NCBI GenBank assembly: GCA_963708075.1
Contig: OY970194.1
Coordinates: forward strand, 4,512,001 to 4,576,000
Direction: 5' to 3'
Origin: Sedimentisphaerales bacterium
GTDB taxonomy: Bacteria > Planctomycetota > Phycisphaerae > Sedimentisphaerales > Anaerobacaceae
DNA length: 64,000 bases
Below are positions 1-10,499 of this stretch, one piece after another (position 1 is the stretch's first letter; the number at the start of each line of letters is the position of its first letter). The notes below the pieces were generated by a model, which ran no database searches, had not been told where the DNA came from, and saw only the letters and a list, made by a program, of their open reading frames with translations. Made by a program: the position numbers and the translations under genes.

Positions 1-874
1 CTACGAGGAGATGCTCAAGAGCAGGGATATTGACATCGTGACAATCGCCACGCCCAGCGGGCTGCACATGGAACCGACAGTCGCTGCGGCCAAGGCGGGC
101 AAGCACGTGATTTGCGAAAAGCCTGTGGAGATCACGCTGGAGCGGATCGACGCCATGATCGCGGCCCACGAGAAGGCAGGGACACGGCTCGGCGGCATCT
201 TCCCGTACCGGTTCAATGACATGATGACCCCGCTTCGCGAAGCGATCAAGTCAGACCGTTTCGGCAAGATCACCTATGCCGGCGTCTATGTCCCCTGGTG
301 GCGCACCGACGCCTACTACAAGGATTCCTGGCATGGAACCTGGAAACTCGACGGCGGCGGGGCCCTGATGAACCAGTCCATTCACATGGTGGACATGCTC
401 TGCGACCTCATGCCGCCCATCGAATCGGTGCAGGCATACACGGCCACGCTGGGCCACCAGATGGAGACGGAGGACACTGCCGTCGCCGTCCTGCGCTACA
501 CCGGCGGCGCGCTCGGCGTCATCTACGGCACAACCGCCTCCTACCCGGGCCAGTTCCGCCGGTTCGAAATCACCGGGACCAAGGGGACCGTGATCAATGT
601 CGAGAACAGCATCACCGTCTGGCAGTTTGCCGACGAGAGACCCGAGGACGAGCAGGTCCGAAAGAAGTTCATGACGATCCAGGGCGGTGGCGGCGTCGCC
701 GATCCGGCGGCCATCACGCACGAGAACCACACGCGGAACTTCAAAGCGTTTCTCAATGCCCTCGAAACCGGCAAGGACTTCTGGATCAGCGGCCCCGAGG
801 CCCGCAAAGCCGTCGAGGTGATCCTCGCCATCTACCGCTCCGCCAAGGAAGGCAGGCCGGTGAAGGTCGGGTAG
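1..874 (+). CDS. Gfo/Idh/MocA family oxidoreductase (5' end truncated by the window edge)
   Basis: IATPSGLH, HVICEKP and GGGALMNQSIH motifs; the N-terminal Rossmann strand is missing, so the gene starts before base 1. Confidence 0.9.
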   Translation, partial: YEEMLKSRDIDIVTIATPSGLHMEPTVAAAKAGKHVICEKPVEITLERIDAMIAAHEKAGTRLGGIFPYRFNDMMTPLREAIKSDRFGKITYAGVYVPWWRTDAYYKDSWHGTWKLDGGGALMNQSIHMVDMLCDLMPPIESVQAYTATLGHQMETEDTAVAVLRYTGGALGVIYGTTASYPGQFRRFEITGTKGTVINVENSITVWQFADERPEDEQVRKKFMTIQGGGGVADPAAITHENHTRNFKAFLNALETGKDFWISGPEARKAVEVILAIYRSAKEGRPVKVG

Positions 875-898
875 TCTCAGGTCTGCAATGTGAGATGC

Positions 899-2350
899 CT
901 ATCGCCTGACGACTACGGGCTCGGCTTTGGGCTCCTGGGTCACGGCCTCGATGGCGGGGGCCACCTGGATTCGCTTGTACTTGTAGATGTCCAGCCGGGA
1001 GGGCTTCTCACGCACGAATTTCGGGCCGCGGCCTGTGACGATCTCCTTCTCCTCCCGAATGAAATCGACGAATTGCAGGAGGGCCCAGGCACTGTTGTTC
1101 CATCGCATCTGGTAGCCCCGCTGATGGGCCTGCCTCTCCATGCGCAGGCGCTTGCGCTCGTTGAAGACGAGGAAATCGATCGCCTGGGCCATCTGCTCGA
1201 CGGAGGGCTCGCCCGAATCGACGAGGATGCCGCGAGCGTAGCGGCCGAGGATCAGGCCCTCGGGGCACGGCCGGTTGGATAGCAGCAACTCCTGCGCGTA
1301 CCGGAACTTCGTCGTGATGGCGACCCGGCCGGAGCCCAGCGTGTCCGCGAGAATCCCGCTGGAGATTTGCTGCATGTTCAGGTACGGCAGGAGCATCGTG
1401 TTCGTGGCGCCGTACAGTTTCAGGAGTACGCCTTCATCGAGAAAGCTGTCGAGGAATACGATGTCATATTCCTCGAAATTGGCATCACCGAATTCCCTGA
1501 CCCTGCACCACTTCGTCTTGGCCTGCTCCAGGGCCTGGCAGATCAGGGCCTGGTACTGTCGGTAGGGCCCGCCCCCCTCGGTTCGGATGAAATCGGGATG
1601 GCATTTGCCGGCGATGAGATAGACCATGTTCTTTCGCTGCTCCGCGGTGCAGGACTCGTCGAGGAACAAGCCATAGGCGCGAATGCCGTACTGGATACCC
1701 TTGCCCGGCGAGAGCATGCCGAGAGTCGTGATGAGGAAGCGGTTTTCCAGGCCGTACTCCCGCTTGATCGTCAGGCGGTCGAAATAGGATGGATTGTGCA
1801 TCCGCACGCCGTGGTCGATATGCTTGACTTTGTCGTGCGGGATTCCATACGTCTCCGATTCGAGGATCTGTATAGCACTCTCAATCGTCACGATCAGCCC
1901 GTTGCTGTGCTCAGCGAGGCCCTGGATCGTCGTCTTCTGGTACGGAGTCGGCTGGTCCGGGACCGTGTGCAGATACACCACCGTGATCAGTCCCTTCTCA
2001 TGAAAGGCCTTGGCCAACTCGACGAAGTTGGTGCCCTCGCCGGCCTTTCCCTCCGGGCTGGGGTCCAGTCCAAACTCGTGCTGCAGGATAATCACGGTGG
2101 GATTCCTCCCCTCATTGGCCCGGGTACAGATATGCGTGACGGCGTTGCGCCACGAGTCGGGATTGTACTGATCGATGATCAGATCCACGGGGATGTCGTA
2201 GGGCCCGTGACGGCCATTGATGGCCGCGACGCGAATGCTGCCGACCTCGGCGGTGAAATGCGCCAGTGCTGTCGCCAAGTCGCGGGAGAACGTTCCGATT
2301 CCGCACCGTCGCGGCGGATACGTGCTGACGATCCGTATATTGTACGGCAT
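899..2350 (-). CDS. Glycosyltransferase family 4
   Basis: STYPPRRCGIGTF N-terminus, LGMLSPGKGI and PYLNMQQISSGILA motifs; start taken at MPYNIR. Confidence 0.85.
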   Translation of the reverse strand: MPYNIRIVSTYPPRRCGIGTFSRDLATALAHFTAEVGSIRVAAINGRHGPYDIPVDLIIDQYNPDSWRNAVTHICTRANEGRNPTVIILQHEFGLDPSPEGKAGEGTNFVELAKAFHEKGLITVVYLHTVPDQPTPYQKTTIQGLAEHSNGLIVTIESAIQILESETYGIPHDKVKHIDHGVRMHNPSYFDRLTIKREYGLENRFLITTLGMLSPGKGIQYGIRAYGLFLDESCTAEQRKNMVYLIAGKCHPDFIRTEGGGPYRQYQALICQALEQAKTKWCRVREFGDANFEEYDIVFLDSFLDEGVLLKLYGATNTMLLPYLNMQQISSGILADTLGSGRVAITTKFRYAQELLLSNRPCPEGLILGRYARGILVDSGEPSVEQMAQAIDFLVFNERKRLRMERQAHQRGYQMRWNNSAWALLQFVDFIREEKEIVTGRGPKFVREKPSRLDIYKYKRIQVAPAIEAVTQEPKAEPVVVRR

Positions 2351-2410
2351 GGCTAACCCCCCATTGCATGTCAAAAGACCGTACGTTCGAGACGCCGAGG
2401 GGTTTGCGCA

Positions 2411-2487
2411 CTTAGGTCCTTTTAGTCCTTTAGGTCCTTTGGGGGTTCAAGGGACCTAAAGGACCAAAGGGACCCAGAGGACTTAAG
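2411..2487. repeat. Inverted pair of 9-bp TAGGTCCTW tandem arrays (hairpin)
   Basis: Three TAGGTCCTT-like units followed by four inverted GGACCTAAA-like units, just after the stop of 2492..3352. Confidence 0.8.
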
Positions 2488-2491
2488 AGGC

Positions 2492-3352
2492 CTATACACT
2501 GAGGGTTCTCAGTACACCCTTCACAAAGCCGACTGATTCGGCCAGGCCGGGCAGCGGATCGTTTTCATCCTTCTCGTATTCGAACGAGACAATTCCTGCG
2601 TAGTCAATTTTGATGAGGGCCTGCAGGACCTGTGGGATATTGATGACGCCGCGGCCGACCTCGACCGCACCGCCCTTGGCTGTCGCGGCGGAGACATCCT
2701 TCATGTGAACATCATAAAGCCGGTCTGCGTGCTTTTCGATGGAGGCCGCAACATCCACGCCGGCGCGGGCCGTGTGGCCGATGTCGTCGCACAGGCCGAT
2801 TCGCTTATCCAGGTCCTTGATCAGCTCGTACGCGGTTGCCGGAATAGGATACATCTTGTCCGTCGGGCCATGATTATGGATCGCGACCTTGATGTCATAT
2901 TCCTTGACCTTCTTGTCCACCAGCGGGAGCAACTCGGGATTGGGCACGCCGATGATGATTCTCATGCCCGCCGCCTTGGCGTACTCGAATGCCTGATTGA
3001 CCTGCTGCTCGTTCCTCATGTAGATGACGCCCCCGCCATAGAGGTCGAGCCCGGCGTCCTTGACCTTCGCGACGACTTCCCCGATCTGCGCGGGGGTGCT
3101 GTTCATCGCCAGGTGAAAATCCTTGAACGCGATGTGCTTGAGGCCCACCCGCTTGGTCATCTGCAGTGTCTGGTCGAGGTTGAACTTGCGAAGCGTGTAG
3201 GAAGCCAGCCCCAGCTCGAACTTGGCACTCCGTGGTGTGGCAGCAGCAAGCGCAGCCTGCGGACGGCTGGACACGCAACTCGTGACGAAGGCGCCTGCGG
3301 TCCCGGCCGCGGCCACCGTCAAAAACTCTCTTCTGCTCTGAATCTGCTTCAT
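2492..3352 (-). CDS. Sugar-phosphate isomerase/epimerase (xylose-isomerase-like TIM barrel), Tat-exported
   Basis: SRREFL twin-arginine signal; IHNHGP, DIGH, VHMKD and FEYE metal-binding motifs. Confidence 0.88.
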   Translation of the reverse strand: MKQIQSRREFLTVAAAGTAGAFVTSCVSSRPQAALAAATPRSAKFELGLASYTLRKFNLDQTLQMTKRVGLKHIAFKDFHLAMNSTPAQIGEVVAKVKDAGLDLYGGGVIYMRNEQQVNQAFEYAKAAGMRIIIGVPNPELLPLVDKKVKEYDIKVAIHNHGPTDKMYPIPATAYELIKDLDKRIGLCDDIGHTARAGVDVAASIEKHADRLYDVHMKDVSAATAKGGAVEVGRGVINIPQVLQALIKIDYAGIVSFEYEKDENDPLPGLAESVGFVKGVLRTLSV

Positions 3353-3476
3353 AACACCGTCTCCTTATCAAGACCCATCGCACACCGCGTCACGCACGAC
3401 GCCGGCGCGATGCACGCGCCTATACTACCACAATTGCTGCCGGAACTTGAGGGCAAAAACGTCAGATTTCGTTGCG

Positions 3477-3505
3477 TTGACAGGGGACCGGCGGCGCGGT
3501 ACTCT
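3477..3505 (+). promoter_or_regulatory. Sigma70-like promoter
   Basis: TTGACA-17 nt-TACTCT upstream of the ATG at 3553. Confidence 0.55.
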
Positions 3506-3552
3506 CGTACGTGTTGAATCGTCTACGTACCTTTATTTGCGAGGAGTGCCTT

Positions 3553-4887
3553 ATGAGAGGTGTCGAGAGAACGGTATCACGTCGCGACTTTTTGAAAGGC
3601 TCGGCCGTCGCGGGCGCAGGCCTGGTGTTTCCGATGGTTGTCCCTGCGTCAGTCTTCGGCGCGGAAGCCCCGAGTGAGCGGATCAACGTCGGCTGCATCG
3701 GGGTCGGCCGCATGGGGACGGGTGATCTCGGTGAGGCCCTGGGTTTCAAGCAGGTGCAGGTCGTGGCGGTGTGCGACCTGGATACCAGGAGAGCGGGGAT
3801 CGCCCAGAAGAGGGTCGAGTCCACCTACGCCAAGCGAAGCCCCGGCAGCGAGTACAAAGGCTGCGCGGTCTATGGCGACTTCCGAGAGTTGGTGGCGCGG
3901 AACGACATCGATGCCGTGCAAATCGCCACGCCGGATCATTGGCACACCCTGCCCGCTCTGGAGGCCGCACGAAACGGCAAGGACATTTTCCTGCAAAAGC
4001 CGCTGACGTTGACGATTCAGGAGGGACGCATCCTGAGCGACACGGTCCGCCGCTACGGCCGGGTCTTTCAGGTCGGAAGTCAACAGCGATCCGACAAGGA
4101 GTTCCGGACCGCCTGCGAGCTGGTTCGCAACGGCCGGGTCGGCAAGCTCCACACGATCAAGGTCGGCTTTGGAACCGACCCTGGCTGCGAGCCCAAGCCG
4201 ACCATGCCCGTGCCGGAAAACCTGGATTATGAAATGTGGCTGGGCCCCGCCCCATGGGCGCCGTATACCGAGGAGCGGGTGCATCCGCAGAAGAGCATCA
4301 CCGGCCGGCCGGGGTGGCTGCGCATTTCCGACTACGGCGCGGGAATGATCACAGGCTGGGGCAGTCACCATCTGGATATCGCCCATTGGGGCATGGGCAC
4401 CGAGTATACCGGGCCGGTCGAGATCTTGGGCGAGGCGGAATTCCCCAAAGACGGGCTGTGGGACGTGCACGGGGATTTCCGAATCGAATACACCTATGCC
4501 AATGGAGTCAAACTCATTGCCGCGGATGAGAAGAAGATCAAGGGCGGCGTGCGGTTCGAGGGCGACAAGGGCTGGGTTTGGGTAACGCGAGGGGCCATCG
4601 ACGCCGAGCCGAAATCGCTCCTGCAGGAGACCATCGGCCCCGGCGAGACGAAGCTCATTGTGAGCAACAACCACAAGGGCAACTTCTACGAATGCGTCAA
4701 ATCGCGGGCTCCGACCATCGCGCCGGTGGAGGTTGGGCACCGTTCGTGCAGCGCGTGCCTGCTGGGCGACATCGCGATGCGAACCGGCCGCAAATTGCAG
4801 TGGGATCCGGCCAAAGAGCAGTTCGTCAATGATGACGCGGCAAACCGGATGCTCTCCAAGCCCATGCGAGCCCCGTGGCACCTGTAA
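3553..4887 (+). CDS. Gfo/Idh/MocA oxidoreductase, Tat-exported
   Basis: SRRDFLK, IGVGRMG, ATPDHWH, QKPL and WLGPAP motifs; GAGGAG RBS. Confidence 0.92.
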   Translation: MRGVERTVSRRDFLKGSAVAGAGLVFPMVVPASVFGAEAPSERINVGCIGVGRMGTGDLGEALGFKQVQVVAVCDLDTRRAGIAQKRVESTYAKRSPGSEYKGCAVYGDFRELVARNDIDAVQIATPDHWHTLPALEAARNGKDIFLQKPLTLTIQEGRILSDTVRRYGRVFQVGSQQRSDKEFRTACELVRNGRVGKLHTIKVGFGTDPGCEPKPTMPVPENLDYEMWLGPAPWAPYTEERVHPQKSITGRPGWLRISDYGAGMITGWGSHHLDIAHWGMGTEYTGPVEILGEAEFPKDGLWDVHGDFRIEYTYANGVKLIAADEKKIKGGVRFEGDKGWVWVTRGAIDAEPKSLLQETIGPGETKLIVSNNHKGNFYECVKSRAPTIAPVEVGHRSCSACLLGDIAMRTGRKLQWDPAKEQFVNDDAANRMLSKPMRAPWHL

Positions 4888-4920
4888 GTCCTATAGGTCC
4901 TATGAGTCCTATGGGTCCTA
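4885..4920. repeat. 9-bp tandem repeat, four units
   Basis: TAAGTCCTA TAGGTCCTA TGAGTCCTA TGGGTCCTA, starting at the stop codon. Confidence 0.85.
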
Positions 4921-4942
4921 TTTGATTGATTGGAGATTTGAA

Positions 4943-5899
4943 ATGAGTGGTCGAAGGCAGTTGGTCGGGTTCATAGTGATCGTGGTTGTGGCGGCGTTGC
5001 TGATGCCGGCGTGCCTGTGGGGGCAGGACCCCGTTCCCACGAAGGACGAGATCGCCAAAATGCAGGCGGCGGCGCCGGAGAAACCCCGGGTGCCCCCGGC
5101 CAAAGCCCATAAACTCCTGGTGTTCTCGCGTTCCTGGGGCTACAAGCACACGGCCCGGCCGTTCGGGGCCAAGGCCATCGAAGTCATGGGCAAGAAGACC
5201 GGCGCCTACGAGCCCGTGCTGATCGAGGAGGATGACAGCCTGTTCGAGCCGCAGAACCTCAAGCAATTCGACGCCGTCGTCCTCAATAACACCAACGAAG
5301 AGATCTTTCTGCCGGAGAACTTCGATAAGCTCCCGGCCGATGAGCAGGCCAAGGCCAAGCAACGTGACGAGATGCTCAGGAAGAGCTTCGCCGACTTTGT
5401 GCGCAACGGCGGCGGACTGGCCGTGATTCATGCCGGTGTGGCGAGCTTTCGCACCTGGCCCGAGTTCGGCGAGATCATGGGCGCCCGCTTCGAAAATCAC
5501 CCGTGGGGCGCCGGCTCGACCGTCGTGCTGAAGATCGAGGAGCCCGACCATCCGCTGACCGCCGCGTTCAAGGAGCCGTACTTCATCGTGACCGATGAAA
5601 TCTATCAGTTGGCTGCTCCCTACTCGCGCGACAACCTGCGCGTCCTCGTCACGGTGGACCCCGTCAAAAGCAAAACCACGCCCGAGCAGAAGAAACTCAT
5701 CCGTCGCAAGGACAATGACTTCGCCATGACGTACATCAAGACGTACGGCAAGGGACGCGTGTTCTACAATGCTCTCGGCCACCAGCACGAGCTCTTCTGG
5801 AACCCCATCGTCCTGCAGCATGACCTTGACGGCATCCAGTTCGTCCTCGGCGACTTGAACGCCGACACCACCCCAAGCGCCAAGATCACAAAGAAATGA
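4943..5899 (+). CDS. ThuA-like domain protein (class I glutamine amidotransferase-like fold), secreted
   Basis: Signal peptide; LLVFSRSWGYKH, FDAVVLNNT, DEIYQ and GKGRVFYNALGH. Confidence 0.85.
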   Translation: MSGRRQLVGFIVIVVVAALLMPACLWGQDPVPTKDEIAKMQAAAPEKPRVPPAKAHKLLVFSRSWGYKHTARPFGAKAIEVMGKKTGAYEPVLIEEDDSLFEPQNLKQFDAVVLNNTNEEIFLPENFDKLPADEQAKAKQRDEMLRKSFADFVRNGGGLAVIHAGVASFRTWPEFGEIMGARFENHPWGAGSTVVLKIEEPDHPLTAAFKEPYFIVTDEIYQLAAPYSRDNLRVLVTVDPVKSKTTPEQKKLIRRKDNDFAMTYIKTYGKGRVFYNALGHQHELFWNPIVLQHDLDGIQFVLGDLNADTTPSAKITKK

Positions 5900-5937
5900 C
5901 ATCACAGGTCCGTCGATCCGACGGGGCAGGAGAGTAC

Positions 5938-7113
5938 ATGAACAAGAAGACTGTTCGCGCAGGCATTGTCGGGGCCGGGTTCTCGGCGTCCTTTCATTTC
6001 GAGGCCATCGAGCAGGTGTATGGCACAAATGTCGAGATCAAGGGCGTGTACGCGCTCGAAGGGGCGCAGGCCTACGCCGGAAAGCGAGGGATCGTCGCCT
6101 ATGACTCGCTCGAAAAACTGCTCGACGACGTGGACGTGATCCACTGCTGCGCCACGGCCTCTGCCCACGAGCCCATTGCCATCGCCGCACTGGAGCGCAA
6201 CAAGTTCGCGATCGTGGAGAAACCCCTGACTGGCTTTTTCGGCGACGGCTCGGAGGATTTCAATGGCGAGACGTTCCCCAAGGAAACCGCCCGCGAGAAG
6301 GCCCTGGCGAGCATCGAGCGCATGCTGAAGGCGGAGAGCAAGAGCAAGGGGCGGATCCTGTACGCGGAGAACTGGGTGTATGCCCCGTCGATCCAGAAGG
6401 AGCGGGAGATCCTCGAAAAGACCGGGGCCCAGGTCCTCTGGATCCACGGCGAGGAGGCCCACTCAGGATCGCACGCCCGAACCTACGCGTACTGGAAGTA
6501 CTCCGGCGGCGGCGTGATGATCGGCAAGGGTTGCCATCCGCTGGGGGCGGCGCTCTATCTGAAACGAGTTGAAGGCAAGGCACGAAACGGCAAGCCCATC
6601 CGGCCCAAGGCCGTCACGGCCCGCATCCACGCTCTGACACGGATGCCGGGTTTTCGTGACGAGGGACATATCCGGTCGGATTATTTCGACATCGACGATT
6701 TCTCCGTCATGCACGTGATCTTTGAGGACGGCACGATTGCCACGATCTTCGCCTCGGACATCATCCTTGGCGGGATTCACAACTGGCTGGAGGTCGCCGC
6801 GAACAACCACCGGACGTTCTGCAACATCAACCCGAACACGGCGATGCAGACGTACAACCCCGTGGAGGCGAACTTCAAGGACATCTACGTCGTCGAGAAG
6901 ATCGGGACCAAGCAGGGCTGGACGAACCCGTCGCCGGATGAGGACTGGTTCACAGGCTATCCGCAGGAGATCGAGGCGTTCTACCGGACGGTCGCGTACG
7001 GCGAGCCGGTCGAGAGCGACAGCCGCCTTGCCGCCGACTGCATCTCGACCATTTACAGCGCTTACGTCTCGGCGGAGAGCAAGGGCGCTGAGGTCGCGGT
7101 CAAGATCTTCTGA
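5938..7113 (+). CDS. Gfo/Idh/MocA oxidoreductase, cytoplasmic
   Basis: GIVGAGF, VEKP and SGGGVMIGKGCH motifs; no Tat signal. Confidence 0.9.
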   Translation: MNKKTVRAGIVGAGFSASFHFEAIEQVYGTNVEIKGVYALEGAQAYAGKRGIVAYDSLEKLLDDVDVIHCCATASAHEPIAIAALERNKFAIVEKPLTGFFGDGSEDFNGETFPKETAREKALASIERMLKAESKSKGRILYAENWVYAPSIQKEREILEKTGAQVLWIHGEEAHSGSHARTYAYWKYSGGGVMIGKGCHPLGAALYLKRVEGKARNGKPIRPKAVTARIHALTRMPGFRDEGHIRSDYFDIDDFSVMHVIFEDGTIATIFASDIILGGIHNWLEVAANNHRTFCNINPNTAMQTYNPVEANFKDIYVVEKIGTKQGWTNPSPDEDWFTGYPQEIEAFYRTVAYGEPVESDSRLAADCISTIYSAYVSAESKGAEVAVKIF

Positions 7114-7149
7114 ATGGACTGAGTGGACCTATAGGACTCATAGGACCTA
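7114..7149. repeat. 9-bp tandem repeat, four units, opposite orientation
   Basis: ATGGACTGA GTGGACCTA TAGGACTCA TAGGACCTA directly after the stop. Confidence 0.8.
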
Positions 7150-7168
7150 TGATTCTTGGGGACGTGCG

Positions 7169-8203
7169 ATGACGAATGAGCAGTGGCAGAGGTTACTGGC
7201 GGTGATTCGGGGTGAGGTTTTCTCGCCGCTGCAGGTGGGGTTTGTCATCGACAGTCCCTGGCTGCCCGGCTGGGCGGGCATCTCCACGCTCGACTATTAT
7301 GCCAGCGGCGAAAAATGGCTCGAAGCCAATCTCAAGGCGGTCCGCAGCTTCCCCGATGTCCTGTTCCTGCCCGGCTTCTGGTCGGAGTTCGGCATGTGTA
7401 CGGAGCCCTCGGCGTTCGGGAGCAAGTGCCGCTGGGCTGAGCACGAGTTGCCCTTCGCGGATAAGATCATCAAAACCATCAGCGACATCGCTTCGCTGGA
7501 GAAGCCCAATCCCAAGACCGATGGGCTGCTGCCCTTCGTGATTCGGCGCTTGCAGGAGTACCAGGGCCGGATTGAGAAGGCGGGCCATCATATCCGGTTT
7601 GCCGTCTCGCGCGGGCCGCTGAATATCGCGACATTCCTGATGGGTACGACGGAATTTCTCATGGCCACCCGCACGAATCCCGATGAGATCCGCGGATTCC
7701 TCACGCTGATCACGGACTTCGTCGTGGACTGGCTCCGGTTTCAAAAGGAATGTTTCCCGTCGATTGAAGGTATCTTCATCCTCGATGACATCGCGGGCTT
7801 TCTCGGGCCGCAGGACTTCAAGAGCACGGCGTTGCCCTACCTGAAGCGGGTTTTCGGCTGCCTGGATGTGCCGGTCCGGTTCTTCCACAACGACGCGCAG
7901 GGTCTCATCTCGGCCGGCTTTCTCAATGAGATCGGCGTCAACCTGTTCAACTTCAGCTTCGAGCACTCGCTGGCGGAGATGAAAGCCCGGACCGGAGGGA
8001 CGGTAACACTCCTGGGAAACATCCCGCCGCGAGACGTCCTGGCCCAGGGCACTCCCGAGGATGTCATGAGAGCGGTTAAAGCCGCCACTGAGCCATTGAG
8101 TGACATGAGCCGGATCATTCTCTCCTGCGGCGGCGGCATCCCCCCCGCGGTCCCCACCGAGAACATCACCGCGCTTATCACTGCGGCGAAACAAGTCCCT
8201 TAG
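7169..8203 (+). CDS. Uroporphyrinogen decarboxylase / MtaA-CmuA methyltransferase family protein
   Basis: GPLNIA, FFHND, LLGNIPP and ILSCGGG..TENI motifs of the URO-D-like TIM barrel. Confidence 0.85.
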   Translation: MTNEQWQRLLAVIRGEVFSPLQVGFVIDSPWLPGWAGISTLDYYASGEKWLEANLKAVRSFPDVLFLPGFWSEFGMCTEPSAFGSKCRWAEHELPFADKIIKTISDIASLEKPNPKTDGLLPFVIRRLQEYQGRIEKAGHHIRFAVSRGPLNIATFLMGTTEFLMATRTNPDEIRGFLTLITDFVVDWLRFQKECFPSIEGIFILDDIAGFLGPQDFKSTALPYLKRVFGCLDVPVRFFHNDAQGLISAGFLNEIGVNLFNFSFEHSLAEMKARTGGTVTLLGNIPPRDVLAQGTPEDVMRAVKAATEPLSDMSRIILSCGGGIPPAVPTENITALITAAKQVP

Positions 8204-8218
8204 GTCCCTCTGGTCCTT
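8192..8218. repeat. Degenerate 9-bp tandem repeat, three units
   Basis: CAAGTCCCT TAGGTCCCT CTGGTCCTT overlapping the stop, between convergent genes. Confidence 0.6.
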
Positions 8219-8231
8219 GTCCTCTCCCGTG

Positions 8232-9806
8232 CTATACCTCCAGCAGCCCATGCCAATGCCTGCCGTCCGCTTCGACCAGGGCATCAGCTTGGGGGAAGCT
8301 CTCGCTGCCGGCGGGATATTCAACCGGGGCTTCGGGGCTCTTCTCCCACTCCTTCAGCACAGGCGTCAGGAGTTGCCAGGCCACGCGGACGCTGTCGAAT
8401 CTCGTGAAGAGCGTCTGATCGCCGGCCATGCAGTCCAGCAGCAGCCGCTGGTAGGCCTCGGGCATCTCCACCCTGAAGACCTGCTTGTAGCTGAAGTTCA
8501 TGGCCAGCGTACCCATGCAGATTTTCGAGCCCGGCCGCTTGGCCTGGAATCGCAGTGCAATCCCCTCCTCCGGCTGGATGTGAAACGCGAGGATATTCGG
8601 CGGCATCTCGGGCAGGCCCGCCGAACCGAACAGCGAATGGGGAACGCTCTTGAACGTGACGACGATCTGCGTGTCCTTCTTGGCCATCCGTTTGCCTGTG
8701 CGCAGGTAGAAAGGCACGTCTTTCCATCGCCAGTTGTCGATGAGGACCCTGGCAGCGGCGAACGTCTCGGTCCTGGAGTTGGGGTCCACACCCTCTTCCT
8801 GGTGATATCCAGGCACCTGCCCGTTGATAAGACCGGGACCATACTGGCCGCGCACGATTTCCGATCGCAGGCCGCGGTTTTCGTCTGCCTTGGACCCGGA
8901 AGCCAGCGACCGGATCGAGCACAGGAGCTTGGCCTTCTCATCGCGGACGCTGTCCGCGTCAAAGGAGATCGGGGGCTCCATGGCCACCAGTGTCAACATC
9001 TGAAGCATGTGGTTCTGAAAGATGTCCCGCAGGGCCCCGGATTGGTCGTAATAGCTGGCGCGGTGTTCGACGCCAAGCATCTCCGCGATGGTGATCTGCA
9101 CGTTATCGATGTGGTTGCGGTTCCAGATCGGCTCGAAAATCGCGTTGGCGAAGCGAAAGATCATGATGTTCTGGACGGTCTCTTTGCCCAGGTAGTGGTC
9201 GATCCGATAAATCTGGGACTCCTGGAACCACCGCGAGATCGTGTCATTCAGCCGCGTTGCACTTTCGAGGTCTCTGCCGAAGGGCTTCTCTACGACCAGC
9301 CTGGCCTGCATGTGACACCGGGGCTCATCCTTGCGGGACAGATTGGCCGAACCCAAACGCTCGGCGACAGTCTCGTACAGGACGGGCGGGACAGCCAGGT
9401 AGAATACGTCACAGCCTCGAACGCTGTGCTTGTCCCGTAACTCAGCCAGCCGCCCCTTGATACGCTCATAGGCAGCAGGATCGGCATAGTCACCGCTGAG
9501 GTAGTAGCATTTCTCCAGGACCGCGTCCACGACATCGGCCGGAATGTCTCCGGCGTTCTCCTCAATGGACTTCCTGACGGTCTGGCGGAATGCCTCGTCA
9601 GAGTATTCCGTCCGGCCGCAGCCCAGCAGGCAGAAGTGCTTGCTCAGCAGGCCTCGATGCTGAATCTGGGCAAGGCTCGGCAGCAGCTTGCGATGGACCA
9701 GGTCGCCGGAAGCGCCGAAAACAACCATGGCCGTCGGTGGAGCGGGCGTGTCAACGCAGATCGTATCCAGTGCCGCGAGGAAAGGTTGGATCCGCGCGAC
9801 CGCCAT
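8232..9806 (-). CDS. zwf: Glucose-6-phosphate 1-dehydrogenase
   Basis: [27 protein letters not shown] and YLRTGKR motifs. Confidence 0.97.
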   Translation of the reverse strand: MAVARIQPFLAALDTICVDTPAPPTAMVVFGASGDLVHRKLLPSLAQIQHRGLLSKHFCLLGCGRTEYSDEAFRQTVRKSIEENAGDIPADVVDAVLEKCYYLSGDYADPAAYERIKGRLAELRDKHSVRGCDVFYLAVPPVLYETVAERLGSANLSRKDEPRCHMQARLVVEKPFGRDLESATRLNDTISRWFQESQIYRIDHYLGKETVQNIMIFRFANAIFEPIWNRNHIDNVQITIAEMLGVEHRASYYDQSGALRDIFQNHMLQMLTLVAMEPPISFDADSVRDEKAKLLCSIRSLASGSKADENRGLRSEIVRGQYGPGLINGQVPGYHQEEGVDPNSRTETFAAARVLIDNWRWKDVPFYLRTGKRMAKKDTQIVVTFKSVPHSLFGSAGLPEMPPNILAFHIQPEEGIALRFQAKRPGSKICMGTLAMNFSYKQVFRVEMPEAYQRLLLDCMAGDQTLFTRFDSVRVAWQLLTPVLKEWEKSPEAPVEYPAGSESFPQADALVEADGRHWHGLLEV

Positions 9807-9809
9807 GGG

Positions 9810-9971
9810 TCAATCCTCCACCGGCTCAAACTGGTCTTTGCCGGCGCCGCACTCCGGACAGACCCAGGTGTCAGGAATGTCTTCGAACGCTGTGCCGGGA
9901 GCGACACCGTTATCCGGGTCTCCAACCGCCGGATCGTAAACGTAGCTGCACAGGAGGCATCTATACTTCAT
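9810..9971 (-). CDS. Rubredoxin (53 aa; absent from the ORF track)
   Basis: Manual translation [53 protein letters not shown] with two CxxC motifs; AGGA RBS. Confidence 0.96.
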   Translation of the reverse strand: MKYRCLLCSYVYDPAVGDPDNGVAPGTAFEDIPDTWVCPECGAGKDQFEPVED

Positions 9972-9982
9972 TATCGTTCCTT

Positions 9983-10480
9983 TCACTGGCCACGAATCGC
10001 GGCCAGTTCCCGTCGCAACTGAGCAACGTGGCCGACCTCTTCACGGATAATGCCTTCGACTTTGTCCTTGCCGGCCCGGGCGGCAACCATGCCCTTGAGT
10101 CCAACGTAAAACATGACCGAGTTCTTTTCCGCCTCGATCGCGATCTCGAACAACTCCTGCATGGACTCTTTGCCCGTCAGTTGCTCGGTGGGGCTCCTCA
10201 TGCCTTCGAATCCCTTGGTGTCGGCCATCGCCTGCAGGTACAGAGAGGCCTCGTTATCGGGATCGAACGTGGTGCCGCCTTTCTCCTGGTCACTGAGCGA
10301 TGCCCGCATCTCGCGAAAGGTTCGCAGGTGGCCGTCTTCCATGGCGGCCAGGCCGAGAAACATGTCCTTCGTTTTCCGGTTGGGGGCCTTCGCGGCCACT
10401 TCACGGTAGAACTTGGCGCCGTTGCGCTCGACCTCTTCGGCCATCTCAAAGATTTCATCCGCATTGAATGCCATAGTCAT
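9983..10480 (-). CDS. Ferritin-like (rubrerythrin diiron domain) protein
   Basis: A.EVE..G..FY, EDGH, AIEAEK.S..FY and EEVGH four-helix diiron pattern; AAGGAG RBS. Confidence 0.88.
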   Translation of the reverse strand: MTMAFNADEIFEMAEEVERNGAKFYREVAAKAPNRKTKDMFLGLAAMEDGHLRTFREMRASLSDQEKGGTTFDPDNEASLYLQAMADTKGFEGMRSPTEQLTGKESMQELFEIAIEAEKNSVMFYVGLKGMVAARAGKDKVEGIIREEVGHVAQLRRELAAIRGQ

Positions 10481-10499
10481 GCGTACTCTCCTTCTCGCC

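Noticed and set aside
2411..2487. 9-bp arrays as CRISPR repeats
   Set aside because: Units are too short and contiguous, with no unique spacers and no cas genes
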